From Candidatus Elulimicrobium sp. (lineage in GTDB: Bacteria > Patescibacteriota > Minisyncoccia > Phycocordibacterales > UBA918), in contig DYNY01000006.1 in NCBI GenBank assembly GCA_020720815.1, positions 1-60,440 of the forward strand: a stretch of DNA of 60,440 nucleotides. The letters are read 5' to 3'. The position numbers and the translations under genes are program-made. Below, one piece after another: positions 27,907-37,516 of this stretch. A model generated the notes under the pieces. It was given only the letters and a program-made list of their open reading frames with translations. It was not told where the DNA came from and did no database searches. Position 1 is the stretch's first letter, and each line of letters starts with the position of its first letter.

Positions 27907-29610
27907 ATGCCTCACTTTGAGCACCGACCACTTATGCCAGAAGAAGTTGCGTTTAATTTGGCTGAATATGACACTTGGTTAAGAAGGTTATTGTTTAATC
28001 GGGGGGTGACTAACAAAGTTGAAGCCGAAGTTTTCCTGGCACCTTCTTATGATCAGCACCTGCACGACCCTTTTTTATTGCATGATATGGAAAAAGCGGT
28101 GGAACGAGTTTTGCGGGCAATAGCTAGCGACAAAAAAATTGTTATCTATAGTGATTATGATTGTGATGGTATACCGGGAGCGGTGGTGCTACACGATTTT
28201 TTTGTCGCAATTGGCTTTAATAATTTTTATAACTACATACCACACCGACATTACGATGGTTTTGGTCTTAGTTCTAAAGCGGTTAAAAGATTAAAGGACG
28301 AGAAAAATCCAGATTTAATTATTACCATTGATTGTGGTACTACAGATTTTGAAGCCGTTGCTTTAGCGAGTGAACTCGGTATAGATGTCATCATTACTGA
28401 TCATCACGAACCCAAGGCCACGCTACCGCAAGCGGTCGCTATAGTGAATCCTAAAGTAGGTCATACTTATCCTTTTACTGGTCTTTGCGGGGCAGCGGTC
28501 ATTTTTAAGCTAACCCAAGCTTTGATTGTTCGGGGTAATTTTAACCTATCATCCGGCTTAGAAAAGTGGTGGCTCGATATGGTTGGAATCGCGACGATTG
28601 CCGATATGGTGCCGTTGTGTGATGAAAATCGTGTTTTTGCGCACTATGGGCTTAAGGTGTTGCGTAAGTCACGTCGTCCAGGTCTTAAGCTTCTACTGCT
28701 TAAACAGAAGGCCAGTCAACAACATCTAACGGAAGATGATATTGGTTTTATGATTGGTCCACGAATTAACGCTGCTTCGCGTATGGATACTCCGGAAGAC
28801 GCTTTTTTAATGCTGGCGACCAAAGATGATACGGAGGCTGTTAAGCGAGTAGATTATCTTGAAGATCTAAACCTAGAAAGAAAATCGGCTGTGGCTCAAA
28901 TTACCAAAGAGTTACATAAACGACTTGAATTAGTTGATGAGTTACCACCAATCTTTGTCATGGGTAATCCAAATTGGCGACCATCGCTCGTTGGTTTGGC
29001 CGCTAATAAATTAGCTGAAGAACACAACCGCCCGGCTTTTCTTTGGGGTCGCGATGGTAATGGCCTTATTAAAGGCTCGTGTCGCTCAGGTAGTGAAATC
29101 AGTGTGATCAAAATCATGGAAGTAGCTCCGGAACTCTTTATTGAATTTGGTGGTCATCATATGTCGGGTGGTTTCTCAATTAGGGAAGAAAAGATTCATA
29201 CTTTCACGGAAGGTTTGACCAAAGCTTTTGTGTCTTTGGGTGCTACAGCACAGGTAGTTGAACCACTTTTGGTGGATATAGAATTAGGGCTAGATGATTT
29301 TTCGTCGTCACTACTACGAGCCCAAAGATTGTGTGGACCCTTTGGGGCCGGTAATCACAAGCCACTTTATTTAATTAAAAATGTCACTCCAAAGGAAGTC
29401 TTGGTCTTTGGTAAAGGGAAAGAGCATACTAAGTTAACTTTTAATACTAGTGGGATTGTAAAGGAAGCCATTGCTTTTTTCCGGACCCCAGAACAGTTCA
29501 AAGTCACACCAACAATTGATGGTATTTTTTCATTGTTAGTCCACTTGGAAGAAAGTTTTTTTATGAATCGTTCGCAGACTCGTCTGCGTATAATTGAAAT
29601 ATTTCGCTAG
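27907..29610 (+). CDS. recJ: ssDNA exonuclease RecJ
   Basis: DYDCDG, TIDCG, TDHH, PRINAASR, GSCRS, FGGH. Confidence 0.95.
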   Translation: MPHFEHRPLMPEEVAFNLAEYDTWLRRLLFNRGVTNKVEAEVFLAPSYDQHLHDPFLLHDMEKAVERVLRAIASDKKIVIYSDYDCDGIPGAVVLHDFFVAIGFNNFYNYIPHRHYDGFGLSSKAVKRLKDEKNPDLIITIDCGTTDFEAVALASELGIDVIITDHHEPKATLPQAVAIVNPKVGHTYPFTGLCGAAVIFKLTQALIVRGNFNLSSGLEKWWLDMVGIATIADMVPLCDENRVFAHYGLKVLRKSRRPGLKLLLLKQKASQQHLTEDDIGFMIGPRINAASRMDTPEDAFLMLATKDDTEAVKRVDYLEDLNLERKSAVAQITKELHKRLELVDELPPIFVMGNPNWRPSLVGLAANKLAEEHNRPAFLWGRDGNGLIKGSCRSGSEISVIKIMEVAPELFIEFGGHHMSGGFSIREEKIHTFTEGLTKAFVSLGATAQVVEPLLVDIELGLDDFSSSLLRAQRLCGPFGAGNHKPLYLIKNVTPKEVLVFGKGKEHTKLTFNTSGIVKEAIAFFRTPEQFKVTPTIDGIFSLLVHLEESFFMNRSQTRLRIIEIFR

Positions 29611-29668
29611 CAATAACCGATTGGTAATACTTATGAAATGAAGAAGACTGATGTTACAATGGCTTAAT

Positions 29669-30088
29669 ATGGAAAAAATCATTGCTTATACTGATGGTGG
29701 TGCACGTGGTAACCCGGGCCCGGCAGGGGTTGGTGTCTATATTGTAACTCCGTCAGGTGAAGTAGTCCGGGAAGTAAAAAAGGCGATTGGTGATAATACC
29801 AACAATTTCGCTGAGTACCATGGTGTTTTACTGGCGCTTCAGACTTTAAAACAAATCTATAGTACCAAAACTAAGGCGATGCAGTTTGAGATTCGTCTTG
29901 ATAGTGAATTGGTAAAAAAACAGCTTAATGCAGAGTACCAAATAAAGGAAGTTACCCTCGTTCCAATATTTATTGAGATTCACAATCTGCGTGTCTCGGC
30001 TTTTCCTAATCTTACTCTGACTCATGTTCGTCGTGAACTAAATAAAGAAGCGGATAGGCTTGTAAACGAAGCCATCGACGGTAAATAA
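29669..30088 (+). CDS. rnhA: ribonuclease HI
   Basis: TDGGARGNPGPAG, TNNFAEY, DSELV, RELNKEAD. Confidence 0.93.
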   Translation: MEKIIAYTDGGARGNPGPAGVGVYIVTPSGEVVREVKKAIGDNTNNFAEYHGVLLALQTLKQIYSTKTKAMQFEIRLDSELVKKQLNAEYQIKEVTLVPIFIEIHNLRVSAFPNLTLTHVRRELNKEADRLVNEAIDGK

Positions 30089-30119
30089 AATACAATAAAA
30101 GTGGAGGAGTTAAAAATCC

Positions 30120-31766
30120 ATGACTAGCACTCATTATTACTTGGTGGTAATCTCTTTCATTTTTGGTATTTTTGGAGCCACTATTTTTTCAATTCCTCAA
30201 GCCACCTTAGTGTGGCTCATGGGTGGAGCCTTAATCTTTGCCATTTTATGGCGAAGATTTAATCATGTAAATAACAAAATCTATTATCTAGAGGCGGGGC
30301 TCATCCTCGCCTTTTTTGTGCTTGGTGCAGTTCGACTTAATATTACTTTAGACTCTTTCGGACAGTCAGAGTTGGCCAAGTTTATTGGTCAGGAAATAGT
30401 TGTAAGTGGAGTAGTAGTATGCGAGCCAGAAGTGCGTGAAAAAGTGAAATATCTATACGTTCAAGCAGAAGACGATTTACTTTTGGTTTCAACCGACCGC
30501 TACACTAAGGTAGCTTATGGCGACGTTGTTACCGTCTTTGGTCAATTAACCAAGCCTGAGGAATTCATTACTGACTTTAGCCGCACTTTTGATTATCCAG
30601 GGTACCTACTCGCTAAGGGTGTGGAGTACCGGATGACTCTGGCCAGTATAGTGGTCGAAGGTAAAGACGCTGGCAATTTTTTTATTGCTCAGTTATTAAA
30701 TTTTAAATCGGTTTTTCTAGAAAATATTAGTACCGTGATACCGGAGCCGGCTTCGGGACTCGGTTCTGGTTTGTTGCTTGGAGTCAAACAAGCTCTAGGT
30801 GAAAAGTTAGAGCTGGCTTTTCGGGAGACCGGCATTATCCATATCGTGGTCCTATCTGGCTACAACGTCATGTTGGTAGTTATTTTTATAATGTACATAC
30901 TCGGTTACTTTCTTCCTCTCTGGCCACGCATCATAGTGGGAATTTTAGCCATTATAGTTTTTGCGTTGTTAGTTGGTTTATCGGCTACGGTTGTGCGGGC
31001 TTGTCTCATGGCTTCTCTAGTCTTGGTGGTGCAGGTTTTTGGTCGGACCTATATAGTTTTGCGCGGGCTAATGCTCGCCGGGGTGATAATGTTGCTTTTG
31101 AATCCTTTATTATTAATTTACGATGTTGGTTTTCAACTTTCATTTCTGGCTACGTTGGGATTAATTTTGCTTTCTCCACGGGTTGAACAATGGTTCAAAA
31201 TTGTCCCTGGTAAGCTCGGTGTGCGTAGTTTTTTGGTGGCTACTATCTCAACCCAGATAGCTGTATTACCATTACTGCTGTATCAGATTGGACAGTTTTC
31301 GGTCGTAGCGGTCGTGGTCAATGTGCTAGTTTTGCCGATGGTGCCAGTGGCGATGATACTTACTTTTATAACGGGTCTAGCGGTCTTTATGTCGCCGTTT
31401 TTAGCTAGCTTAATTGCCGTCCCTACTTTCTTCTCGCTTAGTTATATCAATCAACTCGCGCTCTGGTTTGCTGAGTTACCCTTTGCTTCATTTGTGGTTC
31501 CGGCTTTCCCTTTTTATTTTGTTCCAATCGCTTACGCTATTATGGGCTATTTGCTCTATCGCTCCTATCAACCAAACTGCGCCGGCGGATATAGTGAAAT
31601 GGCTGAATCAATCATTAAATCTACTTTGGCTAAAGAGAAAAAATTCGACTTAGAATTAAAGGACTGGATAATTGAAGAAGAACCAGAGAAACTGACAAGA
31701 GTAAAAGACTCTGATAAATCATGTAGTGATCTACCAGAGTCCGATACGCCAATTTTCTTCCGGTAG
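30120..31766 (+). CDS. comEC: ComEC/Rec2 competence channel (OB-like plus Competence domain)
   Basis: GIIHIVVLSGYN, VVRACLM, GFQLSFLAT. Confidence 0.9.
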   Translation: MTSTHYYLVVISFIFGIFGATIFSIPQATLVWLMGGALIFAILWRRFNHVNNKIYYLEAGLILAFFVLGAVRLNITLDSFGQSELAKFIGQEIVVSGVVVCEPEVREKVKYLYVQAEDDLLLVSTDRYTKVAYGDVVTVFGQLTKPEEFITDFSRTFDYPGYLLAKGVEYRMTLASIVVEGKDAGNFFIAQLLNFKSVFLENISTVIPEPASGLGSGLLLGVKQALGEKLELAFRETGIIHIVVLSGYNVMLVVIFIMYILGYFLPLWPRIIVGILAIIVFALLVGLSATVVRACLMASLVLVVQVFGRTYIVLRGLMLAGVIMLLLNPLLLIYDVGFQLSFLATLGLILLSPRVEQWFKIVPGKLGVRSFLVATISTQIAVLPLLLYQIGQFSVVAVVVNVLVLPMVPVAMILTFITGLAVFMSPFLASLIAVPTFFSLSYINQLALWFAELPFASFVVPAFPFYFVPIAYAIMGYLLYRSYQPNCAGGYSEMAESIIKSTLAKEKKFDLELKDWIIEEEPEKLTRVKDSDKSCSDLPESDTPIFFR

Positions 31767-31915
31767 CTTTAAATTTGTATAAAACAAGGCTGGCACACGC
31801 ATTTTTTGATTGTGTAGGAGAATGATTTTAACTACCTAACTTGAGTTACTGCCACGACAATACCAAAGGTGAAGACCACGGGTTAGTAGCTAGGTGATTT
31901 AAAGATCTCGTAGTT

Positions 31916-32494
31916 TTAATTGATTCGCTTTGCAATTACCTCCCAATTTAAGTTAGTTAAGAAAGCATCGATATATTTTCCTTTATCGGCTGGCAAATAG
32001 TCACGCATATAGGAATGTTCCCACATATCAAGGGCTAGTACGAGATCAAGCCCGGGCAGTTGCCCCAAGTGTTGTTCATCGACCCAGGTGGCGACCAGGC
32101 GCTTAGCATCGGTGTCGATATAGAGCATGGCCCAGCCTACCCCGCGCGTCATGGCGATAGTCCGGAAGTGAGTAGTAAAGGCTTCAAGCGAACCGAAGTC
32201 TTTATTTATAGCTTCGTGCAAAGCACCCGAGGGCAAGGGCTTGCTTCCACCCTCAAACTGCTCAAAGTAGGCTTCGTGGTTTTTCATCCCACCAAACTCA
32301 AACCCTAGTCGGCGTTGCATCTCAGCAATCGCATAGCCATTGGCTTCCGCCTCATACTTGTAAGCCGCAATCCGCTCATGAATCAAGTTCACGTGCTTCA
32401 CGTAGCCAGCGTATAAGCCAAGGTGTAAATCAATACTTTCCTTGGATATCCCAGCTAATTCTGGGATATTAAATGTTTTTGGGGTGTAGAGCAT
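31916..32494 (-). CDS. sod: Fe/Mn superoxide dismutase
   Basis: HLGLYAGYV, NHEAYF, GVGW, DMWEHSY. Confidence 0.92.
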   Translation of the reverse strand: MLYTPKTFNIPELAGISKESIDLHLGLYAGYVKHVNLIHERIAAYKYEAEANGYAIAEMQRRLGFEFGGMKNHEAYFEQFEGGSKPLPSGALHEAINKDFGSLEAFTTHFRTIAMTRGVGWAMLYIDTDAKRLVATWVDEQHLGQLPGLDLVLALDMWEHSYMRDYLPADKGKYIDAFLTNLNWEVIAKRIN

Positions 32495-32592
32495 AATAAT
32501 TAAATTAAACTAAGATAATGCTTAGTATAACAAATAAAATGCTTTCCCTATGTAAATTTATATAAATATTTTTGTGCTAATATACAAATATT

Positions 32593-32712
32593 ATGTTTGA
32601 ACAATCTCTACAAGAAATTGGTTTATCAGAGAAAGAGGCGCGCATTTATTTGGCTCTACTGCAAGTAGATAGAAATACTGTACAAGAATTGGCCAATTGG
32701 ACACTACGTTGA
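32593..32712 (+). pseudogene. truncated TrmB-family regulator (first ~34 codons)
   Basis: MFEQSLQEIGLSEKEARIYLALLQVDRNTVQELA, then unrelated sequence and a stop. Confidence 0.75.
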
Positions 32713-32954
32713 TCGACCTCAGCTTTGAGGTAACGGACGCTGGTGTGGAGATAACTATTGAGAAATCCAAGACGTACTTTGGCTTTGCTCTGGCGGACAG
32801 CATGTTCGCCGGCAACATCACCATAAAACGGGTGAGCCTTTCGGTGGAGGAGGTGGCTTCGGCTACCTTTCTCTTCGCCGAGTACCGCGTGAGTGATCGG
32901 GTGCTCGTGCCGAGGGGGTTTGAAACTGACCTCCGGCACATCAACCAGGGTTGA
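32697..32954 (+). pseudogene. fragment of a foreign-looking gene
   Basis: GC-richer open frame beginning exactly at the trmB breakpoint, with no SD or promoter. Confidence 0.35.
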
Positions 32955-33153
32955 GCCAGAGAAAGGAGACTCCTTGCGCTGGCTCCACGCAAAGGTTTGC
33001 ACCTCTTGGTGGGTATAGGAGCATTTTCGTGAGAATTCCTATGGCGGGAGTTTGCACAAATTTGCCGTTTGACTCACGAAACGAGTCACTTTCGTAAAGT
33101 GTGTACTTTACCTGATGAGTCGGAAACGACGAAAAAGCTTTAAAATCAATCAA
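32941..33153 (-). CDS. orphan or orphan remnant
   Basis: GGGAG SD before a TTG start; -10-like TATACT upstream. Confidence 0.35.
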   Translation of the reverse strand: MIDFKAFSSFPTHQVKYTLYESDSFRESNGKFVQTPAIGILTKMLLYPPRGANLCVEPAQGVSFLWLNPG

Positions 33154-33195
33154 TCCGTTTTTCTCCCAGGGGTTTATTTATAGTATAATTACAGG

Positions 33196-33819
33196 ATGAT
33201 AAATAATTCTTGGTTCCCAAAGATTTTGCTGGTGGCCTATATGGTGGTGTTTAGTATTTTAGCTATTAGTCCTTTTAGTCGTGATGTTTGGTTGGCCGAA
33301 AATTTACCGATTGTTTTGATTGTCCTTTATTTAATATTTTTGTATTGGCGCGGAGTACAGTTTTCTAACACCAGCTACGCCCTGATGTCAGTCTTAATTT
33401 TTATGCATACGGTAGGCGGGCATTTTACTTTTGAACGTGTGCCTTTCGATTGGTTTAATGACTTCTTTGGTTTTGAACGCAATATGTATGACCGAGTCGC
33501 TCACTTCTCAGTTGGGTTTTACGCTTACCCGATTGCTGAGTATTTGAGCGTTCGCAAATTAGCTAATACTAAGTGGCTCATATATCTCACACCGCTTTTC
33601 TTTATTATTTCCATTGCGGCTGTTTATGAAATGATTGAGTGGTGGTTTGCTGCTACCTATGGTGGCGAGGCTGGTGCTGCTTTCCTTGGTTCCCAGGGAG
33701 ATATTTGGGATGCGCAAAAAGATATGCTGATGGATACCTTGGGTGGGATTAGTGCTCTGTTATCGTTTTTCTTTTTATCGTTATGGCAAAGTATTAGTGG
33801 GGTGGTAAAAAGGGAATAA
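33196..33819 (+). CDS. DUF2238/YjdF inner-membrane protein
   Basis: GGHFT, RNMYDRVAHF, YEMIEW, FLGSQGDIWDAQKDM. Confidence 0.88.
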   Translation: MINNSWFPKILLVAYMVVFSILAISPFSRDVWLAENLPIVLIVLYLIFLYWRGVQFSNTSYALMSVLIFMHTVGGHFTFERVPFDWFNDFFGFERNMYDRVAHFSVGFYAYPIAEYLSVRKLANTKWLIYLTPLFFIISIAAVYEMIEWWFAATYGGEAGAAFLGSQGDIWDAQKDMLMDTLGGISALLSFFFLSLWQSISGVVKRE

Positions 33820-33836
33820 GTTTCTAGTAGAATTAA

Positions 33837-34721
33837 ATGGATAAAGTTATCCGTCTACGATTGGCGCTACTAACTGTACTGTCTTTGGTGGTGCTATTAG
33901 CTTTTTTGCCAGCTATTTCTGGTAGCCAACTTGGGGCGGTCTTTGGTAGTAGAGCTGGCGATAGTCTACTCACGGTGGCGTTCTTGGACGTGGGGCAAGG
34001 GGATGCAATTTATATTGAAACTCCAGACGGAGTACAAATGCTCATTGACGGTGGACCAGATAGTTCTATTTTGCGCGAGCTAGGTCGAGAAATGCCTTTT
34101 TGGGACCGGACAATTGATGTGATACTAGCCACTCATCCAGATAAGGATCATATTGGTGGTTTGGTTGATGTACTAACACGGTATGAAGTAGCTAATATTA
34201 TCAGGACCGAAAACGATAGTGATACGGCCGTCTCTTCGGCTTTTATATTTTCCACTGAGGAAGAGCAGTCAACTTTACATATTGCTAAAGCGGGGGAGGT
34301 AATAAGGTTGGGTGCTTCCACCACCCTAACTATCTATTCACCAGCCAGTGATACCAGTAACTGGGAAAGTAATACATCTTCTATCGTAGGCCAGCTCAAA
34401 TATGGCGAGATTGAATTTATGTTAACCGGGGATGCGCCAATTGGGATCGAGGATTATTTAGCCAAGACTTATGGCCAGAGTCTTCAAAGCGAAGTACTGA
34501 AGCTCGGACATCATGGGTCTAAGACTTCGACTGGGGAAGCTTTCTTGGCAGCGGTGGCGCCGGAACTAGCGGTGGTCTCGGCTAGTATAGATAATCGCTA
34601 TGGCCACCCGCACGCAGAAGTGATAGATAGGGTAGAAAGTAGAGGGATAGAAGTTTTAAGTACCGCAAAGCTAGGGGCAATTATACTTAAAAGTGATGGA
34701 GAAAGGGTATGGACTGAGTAA
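33837..34721 (+). CDS. ComEC-type metallo-beta-lactamase domain protein
   Basis: FLDVGQGD, THPDKDHIGG, LTGD, LKLGHHGS, NRYGHPH. Confidence 0.92.
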   Translation: MDKVIRLRLALLTVLSLVVLLAFLPAISGSQLGAVFGSRAGDSLLTVAFLDVGQGDAIYIETPDGVQMLIDGGPDSSILRELGREMPFWDRTIDVILATHPDKDHIGGLVDVLTRYEVANIIRTENDSDTAVSSAFIFSTEEEQSTLHIAKAGEVIRLGASTTLTIYSPASDTSNWESNTSSIVGQLKYGEIEFMLTGDAPIGIEDYLAKTYGQSLQSEVLKLGHHGSKTSTGEAFLAAVAPELAVVSASIDNRYGHPHAEVIDRVESRGIEVLSTAKLGAIILKSDGERVWTE

Positions 34722-34725
34722 ATAC

Positions 34726-34765
34726 AGCTACAAAATAGTACGGTTAACCGTACTATTTTGTAGCT
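34726..34765. repeat. perfect 40-bp palindrome
   Basis: AGCTACAAAATAGTACGGTT|AACCGTACTATTTTGTAGCT. Confidence 0.85.
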
Positions 34766-34819
34766 TAATAATTTTGGAGTTTATTTACTTTTAATTGGCT
34801 GTGTTCGAGGGTAGGGGAC

Positions 34820-34863
34820 AAAGCAAAAGCCGGCGGTCCCTAGGGACCGCCGGCTTTTGCTTT
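34820..34863 (-). terminator. perfect 44-bp palindrome, rpmB terminator
   Basis: AAAGCAAAAGCCGGCGGTCCCT|AGGGACCGCCGGCTTTTGCTTT. Confidence 0.8.
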
Positions 34864-34869
34864 TTAGCT

Positions 34870-35112
34870 TTAGATTAAGGCTGCTTTCTTTAGAGTCTTG
34901 TAGGCTCCGTTCTTGGCGATTGTGCGGAGTCCTTTGGTTGAGACCTTGACTGAGACACTTTTACCTAGTTCTGGAACGTAGATACGTTTCTTTTGTAAGT
35001 TTGGTGAACGCTTAACGTTACCACAAGGGTTAAACTGTGTCGCACGAGTGCGGTTACTGTAGCGTCCACCTACTTGGACGCCCTTACCTGTAATTTCACA
35101 TTTATTTGCCAT
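34870..35112 (-). CDS. rpmB: 50S ribosomal protein L28
   Basis: MANKCEITGK, PNLQKKRIYVPELG, VSTKGLRTI. Confidence 0.93.
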   Translation of the reverse strand: MANKCEITGKGVQVGGRYSNRTRATQFNPCGNVKRSPNLQKKRIYVPELGKSVSVKVSTKGLRTIAKNGAYKTLKKAALI

Positions 35113-35217
35113 ATTGATGTTTTAAGTCACGCTATACTAGCATGAGCGCTTGATATTGCAAGCTTTAGATAAAAGGCAAACCCCGCCACCAACGAAGTTG
35201 TCGTTGGTGGGGCGGGG

Positions 35218-35484
35218 TTATGAGGATAGTGGCGTAAATGAATCACCCAGGCTATTGATTTCTGCGAGGTAAGACTTTTCTTGCACACTGGCAACTTTTA
35301 TAGTCGCCTTTAATAGTGCTTGGTACCGGCTGTTTCGTGTTGGACGGTAAGCTATCTTCAGGTCGGTTGGGGCCAGCCAGTACTGCACAGCAGTGCAATA
35401 ACTTGGTCTGAGAGATGGGTCGGCCTTAAGTACTGACAACAGGGGCGCTTGTACGGCCAGGTACATTTCTTGATGGGTAGGCAT
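35218..35484 (-). CDS. 88-aa orphan
   Basis: GGAG SD; GC-rich hairpin 35179-35219 at the stop. Confidence 0.55.
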   Translation of the reverse strand: MPTHQEMYLAVQAPLLSVLKADPSLRPSYCTAVQYWLAPTDLKIAYRPTRNSRYQALLKATIKVASVQEKSYLAEINSLGDSFTPLSS

Positions 35485-35581
35485 CGCTTTGTCTCCGGTT
35501 GATTAATCCAAAACCTAAAGTAATACAAATATTATTATTTAGTAATTATCTCTCGCCAAAAAATACCAGGCAGGTTAATAT

Positions 35582-36226
35582 ATGAGCTATATGGATGATA
35601 TGAAGATAATAATGATTGTTGCTTTGGTTCTATCGGTAGTGATTCATGAAATGGCCCATGGCTACGCGGCTAATTGGTTGGGCGACCCTACCGCGCGCTT
35701 GCAGGGGCGTTTGTCAGCTAATCCGCTAGTGCATATCGACCCGTTCATGTCGGTTATTTTGCCAGGACTACTAATTATGACTGGCTCGCCCTTTCTCTTT
35801 GGGGCGGCTAAGCCAGTACCTTATAACCCATACAACTTCACAAACCAAAAGTGGGGGGAAGCGATTGTGGCGGTGGCTGGTCCGGCTATAAACTTAGTCG
35901 TTGCTCTTATTTTTGCAGTCTTAGTCCGGTTGTCTGATTTTCTTTCCTTACCAGAGACATTTATTGTGATAGCGGTTCAAATTGTTATCCTTAATATTTT
36001 CTTAGCCTTTTTCAACTTAGTACCGATACCACCTCTAGATGGTTCTAAAATATTACCTCGATTATTGCCTTATTCATTGGCTATGAAATACGAAAAATTC
36101 CGCATCATGCTAGAGCGTAATGTTGCCCTGTCATTTGTTCTAGTAATTCTTGCTTTCATGCTCATCTTAGGTACTCCCTTACAGGTGTTAACAGAAGCCA
36201 CCGCCTCTATTTTGCTTGGCTTTTAG
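35582..36226 (+). CDS. site-2 protease (M50)
   Basis: HEMAH, GDPTA..GRL..NP, AGP, NLVPIPPLDG. Confidence 0.93.
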   Translation: MSYMDDMKIIMIVALVLSVVIHEMAHGYAANWLGDPTARLQGRLSANPLVHIDPFMSVILPGLLIMTGSPFLFGAAKPVPYNPYNFTNQKWGEAIVAVAGPAINLVVALIFAVLVRLSDFLSLPETFIVIAVQIVILNIFLAFFNLVPIPPLDGSKILPRLLPYSLAMKYEKFRIMLERNVALSFVLVILAFMLILGTPLQVLTEATASILLGF

Positions 36227-36252
36227 AGTTGTAAAATAGTTGAAAAAAGCTA

Positions 36253-36373
36253 TTTGTAATTAAGCAAAGTCACGAGCAGTGAAACTGCGACTAAGCTTTG
36301 CTTATACAGGCGCTTAGCATATTTCGACCTTCGGGGGAGAAATAGGCTAAAGCGAGCTGTAAGGTATTACAAA
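36253..36373 (+). ncRNA. candidate structured RNA or REP-like element (three-way junction)
   Basis: Closing stem TTTGTAAT/ATTACAAA enclosing two hairpins (tGAAA and cTTCGg loops), each with a tandem GA/GA. Confidence 0.5.
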
Positions 36374-36429
36374 GATTGACCCTAAAGTTGCATTAATCTC
36401 TATTTATAGTACAGTAACCAAGCTAATTT

Positions 36430-36843
36430 ATGGCAACAATACAACAATTAACAAAAAGGAAGCGAACTAGCCCAGCTCGGAAGAGTAAGACGGGGGCTTT
36501 GCATTCTGGATTTAACAAAATCGAGAATCATCCCAACTATTACAGTTCTCCATTCAAGCGTGGCGTTTGTACTCGCGTAACCACTAAGACCCCTCGTAAG
36601 CCGAACTCAGCGATTCGAAAGATTGCTCGTGTACGCTTAAGCAACGGTCAAGAAATTACTGCGTATATCCCTGGTATCAAACATAATCTCCAGGAACACT
36701 CAGTGGTATTAGTTCGTGGTGGACGTGTAAAGGACATTGGTGTTCAGTACACTATCGTTCGAGGTAAGTACGATGCAACTGGAGTGGCCGAACGACGAAT
36801 GGGTCGGTCTCGCTACGGAGCGAAGAAACCAAAAGCTAAATAA
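36430..36843 (+). CDS. rpsL: 30S ribosomal protein S12
   Basis: [50 protein letters not shown]. Confidence 0.98.
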   Translation: MATIQQLTKRKRTSPARKSKTGALHSGFNKIENHPNYYSSPFKRGVCTRVTTKTPRKPNSAIRKIARVRLSNGQEITAYIPGIKHNLQEHSVVLVRGGRVKDIGVQYTIVRGKYDATGVAERRMGRSRYGAKKPKAK

Positions 36844-36871
36844 TTTTAGTTAAAACAAATTAATAGTCTAT

Positions 36872-36972
36872 ATTCGCTACAGATAATGGAAGCGATTCAA
36901 GCCCAAGGCTTCGGAATCAATTTATGCGAAGAATGAAGAATGTCATAACACTCCTCATTTCTAATGCTGTAG
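36872..36972 (+). promoter_or_regulatory. candidate rpsL-rpsG intercistronic regulatory RNA
   Basis: CTACAG/CTGTAG closing stem around two hairpins. Confidence 0.5.
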
Positions 36973-37000
36973 TTGAAGCAGTTAAGAACTAATTATAAAT

Positions 37001-37471
37001 ATGAGACGTCCAATTAAGAAACGACCAGTCGTTTCACCAGACGTAGTCTACAAATCAGTAGACGTCGAACGCCTTATCAACTACATTATGCTTCGTGGTC
37101 AAAAAGAGACTGCGCGCAAGATTGTTTATGCGGCGTTTGAAGAAATTAAAAATGCTAAGGAGGCCCAAGATCCACTTGAAGTGTTTAATACCGCCGTGCG
37201 AAATGCTGGCCCGATGATGGAAGTTCGCTCACGTCGTGTGGGAGGAGCTAATTACCAGGTACCGCGCGAAGTTCGACCAGAACGACGCATGGCTCTAGCT
37301 TTACGCTGGATTATTATTGGAGCACGCAAGCAAAAAGGTGTGCCAATGCACAAAGCATTAGCCGCTGAACTTAAGCTAGCTGCTAAGGAAGAAGGAGCTG
37401 CCGTGAAGAAGAAAGAAGATACACACAAGATGGCTGAGGCTAACCGAGCTTTCGCACACTTCGCCTGGTAA
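37001..37471 (+). CDS. rpsG: 30S ribosomal protein S7
   Basis: [27 protein letters not shown]. Confidence 0.98.
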   Translation: MRRPIKKRPVVSPDVVYKSVDVERLINYIMLRGQKETARKIVYAAFEEIKNAKEAQDPLEVFNTAVRNAGPMMEVRSRRVGGANYQVPREVRPERRMALALRWIIIGARKQKGVPMHKALAAELKLAAKEEGAAVKKKEDTHKMAEANRAFAHFAW

Positions 37472-37516
37472 AGTAAGTAAAGGAGCGTAGTTACTATTGC
37501 GAACTTTCTCAAAAAC

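Noticed and set aside
31770-31915. Unexplained 145-nt spacer between comEC and sod
   Set aside because: No convincing ORF, repeat or stable fold found by eye.
32591-33002. Two minus-strand ORFs
   Set aside because: They cross the trmB breakpoint and read like antisense shadows of the plus-strand fragment.
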